DNA of 64,000 nt from a virus. How positions within the stretch are numbered: the stretch's first letter is position 1; every line of letters begins with the position of its first letter. Position numbers and translations under genes: made by a program. Below the pieces are notes generated by a model. The model had not been told where the DNA came from. It did not search any database and was given only the letters and a program-made list of their open reading frames with translations. Location: the IMG/VR virus record IMGVR_UViG_3300002030_000028; one strand, written 5' to 3'. Positions 23,913 through 32,336 of the stretch are shown piece by piece.

Positions 23913-24335
23913 TTGCTTGTGGGTGTTACTTCGGTCGAATGGGATACAAGAACAATATTCTTCGATGGCAACATTGATGTTCCGGTAACTCGTCGTGAGT
24001 TGCGGGAGATCGAGGCCAGTCAGGATGGTATTGTTTTTGACGAAATCATAAGTGTGACCGGAAACACCCTCATCGGAGCAGGCCGGAACGCTCTCAACGT
24101 CACACTCATAAACGGTTACGAATGGGTGTTTAACGGGGTTGGAGATAGAGAATCCTTTAATGGAAACTTTATCGGTATCGTTCGCCCTATACCGGGCATC
24201 TTCTTTCAGAGAGAGCTATCGCTGGCGTTTGCCGCGACCACGGCGCCGCTCAGTGATGAGCAGGACCGTAGCCTCGAGCTCGCGCGCGATCACGCAAGGG
24301 CCGCTAATATGCAGACGAAGCCTAATCCTGATTGA
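23913..24335 (+). CDS. hypothetical protein (140 aa)
   Basis: ORF track entry with a TTG start. Convergent with the minus-strand methylase. Confidence 0.45.
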   Translation: MLVGVTSVEWDTRTIFFDGNIDVPVTRRELREIEASQDGIVFDEIISVTGNTLIGAGRNALNVTLINGYEWVFNGVGDRESFNGNFIGIVRPIPGIFFQRELSLAFAATTAPLSDEQDRSLELARDHARAANMQTKPNPD

Positions 24336-25572
24336 CGGTTCGCTCGGCGGTGATCTGATCGAACGTCTTATCGGTGCCGTTCAGGATAGCCTTCTGGCCC
24401 GTATAATCCTGCCAGCGCTTAACGATCACGTCGATATAGTTCGGTGAGAGCTCAATCATAAATCCACGCTTGCCTAAATCATGACAGGCCAGAAGCGTTG
24501 ACCCTGAGCCCGTGAACATGTCGAGGATGTTGTTGCAGTTTTCCCCGTATGTCTCGAGGCACCACACCGCAAGCGCAACAGGCTTTTGGGTTGGATGTAC
24601 CCGTTTATTGCTGCGCTCTGACGCGCGGAGCATGCCATTCCACATATGTTTAAACTGACGAACAGCGGTCTTCTGATTTGTCCAAGCAAGCTCGCAATCT
24701 GCAAAATTATTTTTGCCATTCTCTTTGTCCCATACAATCCAGCATGGGGAGTTTGGTAATTCGTTCGCGTAATAATTTCCGCCCCATATGATTTGAAGCC
24801 TTGGTGCTATCTTCTCGATGAGCCTTATGGATCTGACGGCTGTATCGATACTGTCGTCACCAATAACAGGAGCATAATTTGTGGCCTTTGCTAGCTTGCC
24901 TGTCCCTATAGTTCCCTTTTTCACTTTACCGACCGGCGCATCACCGCCGACCTTACCGCCACCGTTCACGATAGATACACCATAGGGCGGGTCCGTATAT
25001 ACGCAGTCCACAGCGGCGCCATCCATGAGCGTGTTGACGGTATCCTCGCTTGTTCCGTCGCCACATATGACGCGGTGAGGGCCGCATATCCACAGATCAC
25101 CCTCTCGGCTGATAGCGGCATCCTGATATTCAGGGGTCGCGGGCTCCTTTTTCTCAGCCGGGTTCGTTGATTTCAGGACTTCACTGAGAAAGCTTTCATC
25201 GAAGCCCACCATATCCATATCAATATCGGTCTCCATGAGGTCCGAAATCTCGCTTGCGAGAAGGTCTTCATCCCACCCGGCGTTAAGCGCCACCTGATTG
25301 TCTGCGAGGATGTAAGCGCGCTTGGCGTCCTCGGCCCAATCTTTGGCGATAATCACCGGGACTTTATCAAGCCCCATCTTGAGCGCGGCTTTCTGACGGC
25401 CATGCCCAGCTATAATCTCATCGTTCTCATCAACCAGAATAGGCGTGGTCCAGCCGTACTTGTCTATGAGGGCGATGATCTGTTCGACTTGTTTGTCGCT
25501 GTGCGTGCGCGCATTGCGGGGGTTTGGCTTCAGCTTATTGGGGTCGCGGCGGTAAATCTTTGAGGCGGCCAT
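24322..25572 (-). CDS. ParB-like nuclease domain fused to a beta-class (DPPY) DNA methyltransferase
   Basis: N-terminus LKPNPRNARTHSDKQVEQI...GHGR (ParB/Srx fold). Motif IV VYTDPPYG followed by C-terminal motif I ILDMFTGSGSTL, the circular order of CcrM-type N6A/N4C methylases. Confidence 0.85.
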   Translation of the reverse strand: MAASKIYRRDPNKLKPNPRNARTHSDKQVEQIIALIDKYGWTTPILVDENDEIIAGHGRQKAALKMGLDKVPVIIAKDWAEDAKRAYILADNQVALNAGWDEDLLASEISDLMETDIDMDMVGFDESFLSEVLKSTNPAEKKEPATPEYQDAAISREGDLWICGPHRVICGDGTSEDTVNTLMDGAAVDCVYTDPPYGVSIVNGGGKVGGDAPVGKVKKGTIGTGKLAKATNYAPVIGDDSIDTAVRSIRLIEKIAPRLQIIWGGNYYANELPNSPCWIVWDKENGKNNFADCELAWTNQKTAVRQFKHMWNGMLRASERSNKRVHPTQKPVALAVWCLETYGENCNNILDMFTGSGSTLLACHDLGKRGFMIELSPNYIDVIVKRWQDYTGQKAILNGTDKTFDQITAERTVNQD

Positions 25573-25582
25573 GCTTGTTCGG

Positions 25583-25957
25583 TCATTTGTTTCTTTCTTT
25601 TTCTATTGATCTATAATCAAGAGATATGTGTGATCTGTTGCCGTCGTGGTGTTGATTTGCATGATCCTGTGATTGAATTTTGAAATCAACAGGAAGCCCA
25701 ATAATGTCAAAACCAAGAGCCATCCATGCTCGACAAATTGCACGCCATTTTGGTTTTAATGGAGCGTGTTCGGGGTCTCCGTATTCCTCGCGATAAACCT
25801 CGTCCGGAAGCATTACCACTATATCAATATCGTTGAAGTCTTTTCGGTGAAGGCTTGATCCCACCTGATAGACTGAATACCCAAAGGCATCTTTTACTAA
25901 GCACCCAAAATCCATTATCTTCATTTGTGTATAAACGTCAGGACCAGTTTTACCCAC
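25583..25957 (-). CDS. minimal nucleotidyltransferase-fold protein (124 aa)
   Basis: YQVGSSLHRKDFNDIDIVVML matches the GS-x(n)-DxD Pol-beta-type NTase signature. Confidence 0.55.
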   Translation of the reverse strand: MGKTGPDVYTQMKIMDFGCLVKDAFGYSVYQVGSSLHRKDFNDIDIVVMLPDEVYREEYGDPEHAPLKPKWRAICRAWMALGFDIIGLPVDFKIQSQDHANQHHDGNRSHISLDYRSIEKERNK

Positions 25958-26363
25958 TATATATATCCTCTGAATATGTTAAACAGCAAATTCTCTGCAT
26001 AGGGTTCCTAACGATAGATATTTCAACCAAGTCAACAAGAGATATGGTTCTTATGTGCTTGGATATCGTGTAATGGTGGGCTCTAAACCCTACAGATAAG
26101 CCGTCTATTCCGGCTATAATTAGCCTTCTAACAGCTCTGTCTGTAACGATACCCGACACGTGTAGGCCGGTATTGTCTTCTTTGATGGATGACCATTTTC
26201 CGATTGGGTGTAAAGAGCGATGCTGATGCAGCATGGGTATAGGCCGTTGATCGATATCCACATTCCGGAAGGCGCCTATAATGAACCTATCTTTTGACAA
26301 ATCGATATGATCGAATATCGCGGCATAACCTGATACGATGAATTGTTTCTCAGGCTTCTGCAT
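25950..26363 (-). CDS. HK97-type (S78) prohead protease homolog, antisense to the head module
   Basis: FIVSGYAAIFDHIDLSKDRFIIGAFRN, IPMLHQHRSLHPIGKW, GLSVGFR and LVEISIVRNPM match S78 blocks including the His and Ser. Track ORF extends to 26531. The ATG at 26363 is the likely start. Confidence 0.65.
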   Translation of the reverse strand: MQKPEKQFIVSGYAAIFDHIDLSKDRFIIGAFRNVDIDQRPIPMLHQHRSLHPIGKWSSIKEDNTGLHVSGIVTDRAVRRLIIAGIDGLSVGFRAHHYTISKHIRTISLVDLVEISIVRNPMQRICCLTYSEDIYSG

Positions 26364-26469
26364 ATCCGTTTTCCCATCCGCATTTACAACAGGTGAGGGG
26401 CGTTTCTGTGCAGGCTGAGCAAGGCGGATTGCCCATGTGACATGAGCAGCCTTTAATATCGTAACCCAT
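26350..26469 (-). CDS. Cys-rich mini-ORF (39 aa) inside a 97-codon open frame lacking an upstream ATG
   Basis: Hand-translated MGYDIKGCSCHMGNPPCSACTETPLTCCKCGWENGYAEA. Its stop overlaps the protease start. The frame is open back to 26643. Confidence 0.25.
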   Translation of the reverse strand: MGYDIKGCSCHMGNPPCSACTETPLTCCKCGWENGYAEA

Positions 26470-26755
26470 GATGCCTTCACATTCAGAGGCAGGACATTGG
26501 TCGCCTTCTTCGCGATTAAAAGCAGCAACAAATCCTAACCGAAAGCAGTCTGATAATTGAGAAGGCGTTTCTGTCGCGAGCCCATGTTTTCTCAGTCCAG
26601 AAAGTATTTCGAATAACGTGGCTTCCTGAATTGTCCAAGCAGTTTAACAAAAAAATACGATTTATCTGGTTTCAGGCATCCCGATACGAGGCATTTTCTT
26701 GACCTTTTTGCTCATCGCGCATACGGGGAATTATAGATTGAATTGGGAAAGCCTC

Positions 26756-27169
26756 ATGAAAAAGCGCTTAGCGACAACGCAGATCCTGAAAGTAGATAAA
26801 GAGCTAGGTCTCGTTTTCGGGTATGCGATTGTCTGCAAAGAGATGCAGGGCGGGCAAATGGTTGAGCATTTTGACCTTCAGGATGACCATATTCCGGAAG
26901 AAACAATGCTGAAGTCTGCGCTTGATTTTCAGATGAACTATAGTGTGGCGAAAGAGATGCACATCGGCAAGACGTTCGGTGGTTATCCTTTCCTCTTTCC
27001 CATGACTGAAGAGATTGCTAAGTCGCTCAAAATCCAGATTAAGAAATCAGGACTTTTGGTTGGCTTTAAACCCGATCGCGCTGAAGTTTTGGAGAAGTTT
27101 GCCAGCGGCGAGTACACTGGGTTTTCGATCGGAGGTTCTGAAATCTCCGTGGAAGAGGTGGAAGACTAG
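26756..27169 (+). CDS. XkdF-like putative prohead serine protease domain protein (137 aa)
   Basis: Track ORF trimmed to the ATG at 26756. ILKVDKELGLVFGYAIV...FDLQDDHIPEE...SGEYTGFSIGGSEISVEEVED parallels the body of B. subtilis XkdF-type proteins. Confidence 0.6.
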   Translation: MKKRLATTQILKVDKELGLVFGYAIVCKEMQGGQMVEHFDLQDDHIPEETMLKSALDFQMNYSVAKEMHIGKTFGGYPFLFPMTEEIAKSLKIQIKKSGLLVGFKPDRAEVLEKFASGEYTGFSIGGSEISVEEVED

Positions 27170-27853
27170 ATGTTTATTTGTAAATCTTGTGGCATCCATT
27201 TTGATGCTCCATCAAGCAGAAAGAGGGATCAAAACCGTATATACTGTACGTCTTCTTGTTACCGAAATCATATGCGTAAAAATGGCCGTCCAGAAATATC
27301 TAAACAAGCGTCCAAGAAATGCGGTCATTGCCAAAATTTGTTTACAGACAAACCTAGCAAAATTCAAAATAGAATATTTTGTTCATCAAAATGTAGGGCC
27401 AAATGGCAATCTAGCCTTCCTTATGATCAATGGCGGAATAAAATAAGTGAAGGCAACAAGGGAAAATGCGTCGGAAACAAGAATGGAATGTATGGCGTAA
27501 GCCCAAAGCACCCCGGAAAGATTAAACCATTTGTTGATAGGTTGGGCCGAATTACAGTCTTTCGAAGCTCTTGGGAGGTTGTGGTTGCCAAGTATTTGGA
27601 TGGCCTGTCTATAAATTGGCTCTATGAACACAAAAGATTCCGTTTCCCCACGGGCACATATGTGCCGGATTTTTATTTGCCTGATCTTGATTGCTATTGG
27701 GAGGTAAAGGGGTGGTTTAACGAGAAGTCACAAGAAAAGGTATCTCAGTTTAGACGCCTATATCCTGAATTAAATTTAGTCGTTCTTACGAAACCCGCAT
27801 ACGATCAAATCGTGAAATTGAACAAATCCTTAATTAGGGAAGATGCCGAGTAA
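27170..27853 (+). mobile_element. free-standing homing-endonuclease-like gene (zinc-ribbon repeats, NUMOD3-like, PD-(D/E)xK core)
   Basis: CKSC...CTSSC and CGHC...CSSKC pairs, GNKNGMYG, and TYVPDFYLPDLDCYWEVKG (nuclease core). Stop/start overlaps with both neighbours (TAGATG, TAATG). Confidence 0.6.
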
Positions 27854-29109
27854 TGGGAAAGAAACGTATCCTCAAAGAAATCAAAATCATGGAAATCAGC
27901 GCGGTTGATAAACCCGCTCAGCCCGGCGCGACGGCGACAATCATGAAGCGTCATTCCAATGATATTATTGGTAAAAACGTAAAAATGACGACGATTTCGG
28001 GTGATCACCAACACCTGATTGATATGACGGATTATGAAGGCCGTCAGATCAGCGGCGGCATGACGAGTTACGTTGAAAATGATGAGGGGGAAGGCATGCA
28101 TGCCCACCCTTGGGTCATACTACCCGACGGCACTATTGCCATTGGAATGGCTTTAGGTCACAAGCATGAAATCGACAGCGTTAGTAAATCGCACCACTTA
28201 AACGGAGATAAATCGATGAAATTTAACAAAAGCCTTCTTACTACAGCGGCATCGGTTGCCGTTCTGGTGGCAAAATCTGGAACCGATGAAGCCTCAGATT
28301 GGGGTGATGAGGAGCATACCGCTATCCGAAAGGCCGCGGTTGACCTGAATGTCGTGGGTATCCTTCCCAATGATGGCCCTCTGAAGCTTACGAAAGCTGA
28401 CGAGGATGACCTGGACGACGATGCTAAGAAGAAGCGTGAGAAGCAACTCGCGGATGAAGAGGCCGAGAAGGTCAAGAAACGTCTCGCGCGCGCTGAAAAG
28501 ATTGCTGAACTCACTGCCGTCGAGAAGGGTCATTTCGATACCCTCGATGATGCCGGCAAAGACAGCTTCCTTGGTCTTGAGAAATCAGACCGCACGACCG
28601 CGATCAGCAAGGCAAACGAGGCCGACCCCGTTATCGCAACGATCGACGGTATCGAGATCCGCAAATCAGCCGACCCCGCTATGGTTGCTATGGCGAAGCG
28701 GATGGTTGACCTCGAGAAGAGGGCTAAAATTGAGAAGGCTGCGGCTCGCGGTTCTGAGATTGAGAAGCGTGTCGACAAGCTCGATAAGCTTCCGGGTAAA
28801 TCTGATGTCAAGAAAGCGCTCGTTGGCGCGGTTCTGGATATCGAGGACGGCGATATTCGCAAGCAGGCTTTTGAAATTCTCAAGGCCGCTAACGATCGTA
28901 ACGATGGCGACTTCAAGACCGGCGGCAGCATCAGCAAAGCCGACGCGGAAGACGCTGAAACTAAAATTGAGACTATGGCGAAAGCCTTGGTCGCTGAGAA
29001 CCCTGAGCTTTCCGAAGAGCAGGCATTCAATAAGGTTCTGTCCACTCCGGATGGCCGGAAGCTTTACGCCAAAATGAGAACCTATGAGGCGGAACAAGAC
29101 GAAGACTAA
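27853..29109 (+). CDS. scaffolding-like protein with protease-type N-terminal strand motif
   Basis: 418 aa. N-terminus IKIMEISAVDKPAQPGATATIMK. Long charged coiled-coil region (KKKREKQLADEEAEKVKKRLARAEKIAEL). Lies upstream of the capsid genes. Confidence 0.6.
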   Translation: MGKKRILKEIKIMEISAVDKPAQPGATATIMKRHSNDIIGKNVKMTTISGDHQHLIDMTDYEGRQISGGMTSYVENDEGEGMHAHPWVILPDGTIAIGMALGHKHEIDSVSKSHHLNGDKSMKFNKSLLTTAASVAVLVAKSGTDEASDWGDEEHTAIRKAAVDLNVVGILPNDGPLKLTKADEDDLDDDAKKKREKQLADEEAEKVKKRLARAEKIAELTAVEKGHFDTLDDAGKDSFLGLEKSDRTTAISKANEADPVIATIDGIEIRKSADPAMVAMAKRMVDLEKRAKIEKAAARGSEIEKRVDKLDKLPGKSDVKKALVGAVLDIEDGDIRKQAFEILKAANDRNDGDFKTGGSISKADAEDAETKIETMAKALVAENPELSEEQAFNKVLSTPDGRKLYAKMRTYEAEQDED

Positions 29110-29163
29110 TCAGGCCCGTAACAAAGGTCATTTACCTAACGATAACGCCTAAAGGAGCAAAAA

Positions 29164-29541
29164 ATGCACAAGGCAAATTATGAACAGCAGAAAGTTATCA
29201 CGGTCTTCGCTCCAAATGGAACGCAGCGTGGTCTCTTCACAACCATTCTAGCCACCGGACTCATCGGTGTTGCACCGGCAGGTACTATGCCGGATGTCAT
29301 CACTATGGCTCAGGCCGAGTCCGAGGGCGATGCGATCGAGGGTGCTATCCCGAACGGCGGTATCGTTCTGGTTCAGGCCGGCACCGCTATCACTCGGGGA
29401 ACCGAAGTGACCGGTGATGCGAATGGGCGTGCGGTTGCGGCAGCATCCGGAAATGCCATCGCTGGCAAAGCTCTAACGTCCGCTGATGCGGCCCGAGAGT
29501 TCATTGCCGTTCAATTCAACTATCGCGGTACGGCGGCATAA
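29164..29541 (+). CDS. DUF2190-like head decoration/capsid-associated protein
   Basis: 125 aa, Gly/Ala-rich, with the GDANGRAVAAASGNAIAGKALTSA pattern. Immediately precedes the major capsid gene. Confidence 0.5.
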   Translation: MHKANYEQQKVITVFAPNGTQRGLFTTILATGLIGVAPAGTMPDVITMAQAESEGDAIEGAIPNGGIVLVQAGTAITRGTEVTGDANGRAVAAASGNAIAGKALTSADAAREFIAVQFNYRGTAA

Positions 29542-29578
29542 GCCGAGCCATAACGGAATCTCAAACAGAGGATATAAA

Positions 29579-30607
29579 ATGTTTAAAGCTAAAATGCTAA
29601 AATCCGTGCCGAGGAATCTCCGGAGCAATCGTCACACGGACAAGCCCCTCACCAACATGCTGGTGGGTTTCTTTCAGGACGATGATGCGTTCATCGCTGA
29701 TAAGGTTTTCCCAATTGTGACGGTCAAGAAATCAACCGATTTCTATTACCGCATTCCTCGTGGTTACTTTAACCGCAATCAGATGCAACGCCGCGCGCGT
29801 GGCGCCGAGCCAGCAATCGCGAACTTCGATTATGAGAAGACCGCGTTCAACGTCGATATCTATGCCCTCATGCTGGGACAGACAGACGAGGACGAAGTCG
29901 ATATCGATGAGGTTCTTGATTGGGATATGGATGCGGTTGAGTTCCTTCAGGGGCAAGCCCGCCTTCAACGTGAAATCTCCTTCAACGACAACTTCTTCAA
30001 GTCTGGCGTTTGGGAAACCAGTCGCACAGGTGTCGCGGCAGCGCCCGCGAACGCCAATGAGTTCAGACGTTGGAGCGATGATGCATCAAACCCCATCAAG
30101 GATATTCGGAATGCACGCCGGACTGTTCTTGAGAGCACGGGCAAGATGCTGAACACGCTGACAATCGATTACGATACCAAGGACGTTCTTATGGAGCACC
30201 CTGAGATCATTGATCGCTTGAACCGTGGGCAAACTCCCGGCGGTGCCGCTCAGGTATCCCTGAATGACCTGAAGGCATTGTTCGAAGTCGACAACATCTA
30301 TGTCGGTAAAGGCATTCATAACGTCGCGGTCGAGTCCAATGACCCTGATGCAGAAGATAGCCATGAGTTCATCATGAGCAATGGCGCGCTTCTCACGCAT
30401 ACACCTAACCGTATTGGTCGCCGTCAAGCGGCAGCCGGTTACAACTTTGTGTGGGACGTGTATTCGGATCTTGGCATGCGTATGCGTAAGCACCGCAAAG
30501 ACCTTGCGTTGACCGACCTGCATATCATTGATGACGCTTACAAGCAGAACCAAGTTTCTAGCGAACTGGGCTACTTCTTTGATCAGACGGGTACTCTTCC
30601 TAACTAG
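29579..30607 (+). CDS. major capsid protein (lambda gpE-like family)
   Basis: Track ORF trimmed to the ATG at 29579 after AGAGGA. 342 aa. FIADKVFPIVTVKKSTDFYYRIPRGYF...AEPAIANFDYEKTAFNVDIYAL resembles the capsid E family. A strong terminator follows. Confidence 0.75.
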   Translation: MFKAKMLKSVPRNLRSNRHTDKPLTNMLVGFFQDDDAFIADKVFPIVTVKKSTDFYYRIPRGYFNRNQMQRRARGAEPAIANFDYEKTAFNVDIYALMLGQTDEDEVDIDEVLDWDMDAVEFLQGQARLQREISFNDNFFKSGVWETSRTGVAAAPANANEFRRWSDDASNPIKDIRNARRTVLESTGKMLNTLTIDYDTKDVLMEHPEIIDRLNRGQTPGGAAQVSLNDLKALFEVDNIYVGKGIHNVAVESNDPDAEDSHEFIMSNGALLTHTPNRIGRRQAAAGYNFVWDVYSDLGMRMRKHRKDLALTDLHIIDDAYKQNQVSSELGYFFDQTGTLPN

Positions 30608-30635
30608 GGGAGTGTAATTTAACCCATTGTGAAAT

Positions 30636-30670
30636 AGCCCCGCTGGAGTATTCTGGCGGGGCTTTTATTT
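30636..30670 (+). terminator. Rho-independent terminator after the capsid gene
   Basis: AGCCCCGC (30636-30643) pairs with GCGGGGCT (30656-30663), then TTTATTT. Confidence 0.75.
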
Positions 30671-30684
30671 GAAAGGAAAGAACT

Positions 30685-31473
30685 ATGAAGAGAATACGAC
30701 GAGACCGCCGCCTTTATGACGATAGCCGTACAACGGTGGCATGCCTGCGTCCTATCAATACAAACGGTGAGCAGATTGCCGTTGGTGATCCTATCCCGAA
30801 AGACAAGACAGACGTTGCCTTTAGGCGCCGTTTTTGGTCTTCAGGCCGGATTTGCTACATAGAGGAATACGTTCCTGTCGATGTAGCTGAAGACCTTGTT
30901 CAGCTTTCTGACGACCAGAAGAAAGAGCTTCTGATCGCGCGCATCAAGGAGCTTAATTCTGAAGCCAAGGTCGATAAGCGTAAGAAGGTCGATACACTTG
31001 AGGCTGAGCTTAAAGCTTACGGCCTTGACCCATATCACCTATACGGGCAAGCCGTTAAAGAGGGTCTTAAGCCAGAAGGCGCGCCGGATGAAGGTGAAGA
31101 AGGCTCAGGTGATGGCTCTGAAGGTGGCGAAGGTAATGAAGGTGGCGAAGGAGAAGGCTCTGACACCGGTGACGGTGAAGATGGTTCCGGTACTCCCGGA
31201 TCTGACGGACAGTCTGGTGATGAAAACACTGGTGAAGGAACTACCGACACTGGAACCGGTGAAAATTCTGAGCAATCCGAGGGTACCGAAACTCAGGACA
31301 CCGGTGAAGGTACGGATGGTGCCGGTGATACCGGAAACCAGGCCGACACAACCGACGAAACCACAGTAGATACTGGTGAGGGCGAGGGTGAAGGTACTGA
31401 AACTCAGGACACACCCCCGATTGAAGGGGTTACTGAGGATCAGGAAGGCACTGACACCGGTGCCGGTAACTAA
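30685..31473 (+). CDS. protein with folded N-terminal domain and a roughly 130-aa acidic Gly/Glu/Asp/Thr-rich tail
   Basis: 262 aa. Tail sequence EGEEGSGDGSEGGEGNEGGEGEGSDTGDGEDGSGTPGSDGQSGDENTGEGTTDTGTGENSEQSEGTETQDTGEGTDG... Confidence 0.55.
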   Translation: MKRIRRDRRLYDDSRTTVACLRPINTNGEQIAVGDPIPKDKTDVAFRRRFWSSGRICYIEEYVPVDVAEDLVQLSDDQKKELLIARIKELNSEAKVDKRKKVDTLEAELKAYGLDPYHLYGQAVKEGLKPEGAPDEGEEGSGDGSEGGEGNEGGEGEGSDTGDGEDGSGTPGSDGQSGDENTGEGTTDTGTGENSEQSEGTETQDTGEGTDGAGDTGNQADTTDETTVDTGEGEGEGTETQDTPPIEGVTEDQEGTDTGAGN

Positions 31474-31486
31474 TTTTGGTGAATAA

Positions 31487-31894
31487 ATGCCGGTCGACAA
31501 ACTTGAAATCGTCTTTGATGAGCTTGATGAGTTTGTCGACCAGCAGATGATAGGTCTCCTGTTCGAGGTTCATGCTAACCTCGTTCAGGATACGCCGGTT
31601 GACCTCGGCTGGGCTCGGTCACAATTCGTTCCCCGCATTGGACAGCCTTACAGAATTTCTCTCACCGATATCGAACCCTCGAGCGGCGCGGCGGCAGCGG
31701 CTTCAAGTCAGGCTCAATCTGAATTAACCGCGATCGCGGCATCATATAGTTCCAGTCAGGGTAAGATTTTCATTTCCAACAATGTGCCGTACATACAAGC
31801 TTTGAATGACGGACACAGCCCACAGGCCCCTCCGGGGTATATACCGGCTGCGGTTCAAAGAGCCGTTATGAGGTTTGGAGGCAGGTTGATATGA
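31487..31894 (+). CDS. HK97 gp10-like head-tail joining protein
   Basis: SNNVPYIQALNDGHSPQAPPGYI matches the conserved C-terminal block of the gp10 family. Confidence 0.65.
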   Translation: MPVDKLEIVFDELDEFVDQQMIGLLFEVHANLVQDTPVDLGWARSQFVPRIGQPYRISLTDIEPSSGAAAAASSQAQSELTAIAASYSSSQGKIFISNNVPYIQALNDGHSPQAPPGYIPAAVQRAVMRFGGRLI

Positions 31895-32313
31895 GCGTTA
31901 AAAAAGACTTTAAGGCCGAAGTTGCGGATAGATTTCTAGCCGAAGGGCCGGGCGATATCGTTAAGATATTACCTGAAATGACCACAAAACCGGGTCTTGA
32001 TGAAGATGAATATCTTCGTCTTAGCATACGTCATAGCGCGGGACGACAGATTACGATCGCCGGCAAGGGTAAGCGCCGATATGAATTTACGGGACTGATA
32101 AGCATCCAGATATTCGTACCCCCAAATGAGGGTCCGGAGCGCGGTGATGAGTTGGCCGATATCATGGAATCCATGTGGAGGGGGCGCTCAATAGCTGGTT
32201 TTCAGTCCCTTCGCTTCACGGGTGTTCACACTCGAGAAACCGGTAAGGATGAAACCGGCAGATACAATGTACTTTTAACCGAGGCTACTTTCGTTTACAG
32301 GGCAATAATGTAG
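31891..32313 (+). CDS. tail completion/terminator-like protein (putative)
   Basis: 140 aa. ATGA overlap. Assigned by its position between the gp10-like and tail tube genes. Confidence 0.4.
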   Translation: MSVKKDFKAEVADRFLAEGPGDIVKILPEMTTKPGLDEDEYLRLSIRHSAGRQITIAGKGKRRYEFTGLISIQIFVPPNEGPERGDELADIMESMWRGRSIAGFQSLRFTGVHTRETGKDETGRYNVLLTEATFVYRAIM

Positions 32314-32336
32314 CCGCCTGTCTTAAGGAGAAAAAA

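Noticed and set aside
28158-29097. Multiple long overlapping ORFs on both strands inside the scaffold gene (28406-29077 +, 28530-29045 -, 28666-29097 -, 28158-28514 -)
   Set aside because: These are low-complexity frames produced by the charged, repeat-like scaffold coding sequence. The 27853-29109 frame has the coherent start, context and composition.
31075-31440. Degenerate tandem repeats that could be read as a non-coding satellite
   Set aside because: The repeats are in frame and continuous with an ordinary N-terminal domain. The alternative-frame ORFs there (30998-31369 +, 31035-31250 -, 31105-31500 -) are repeat artefacts.
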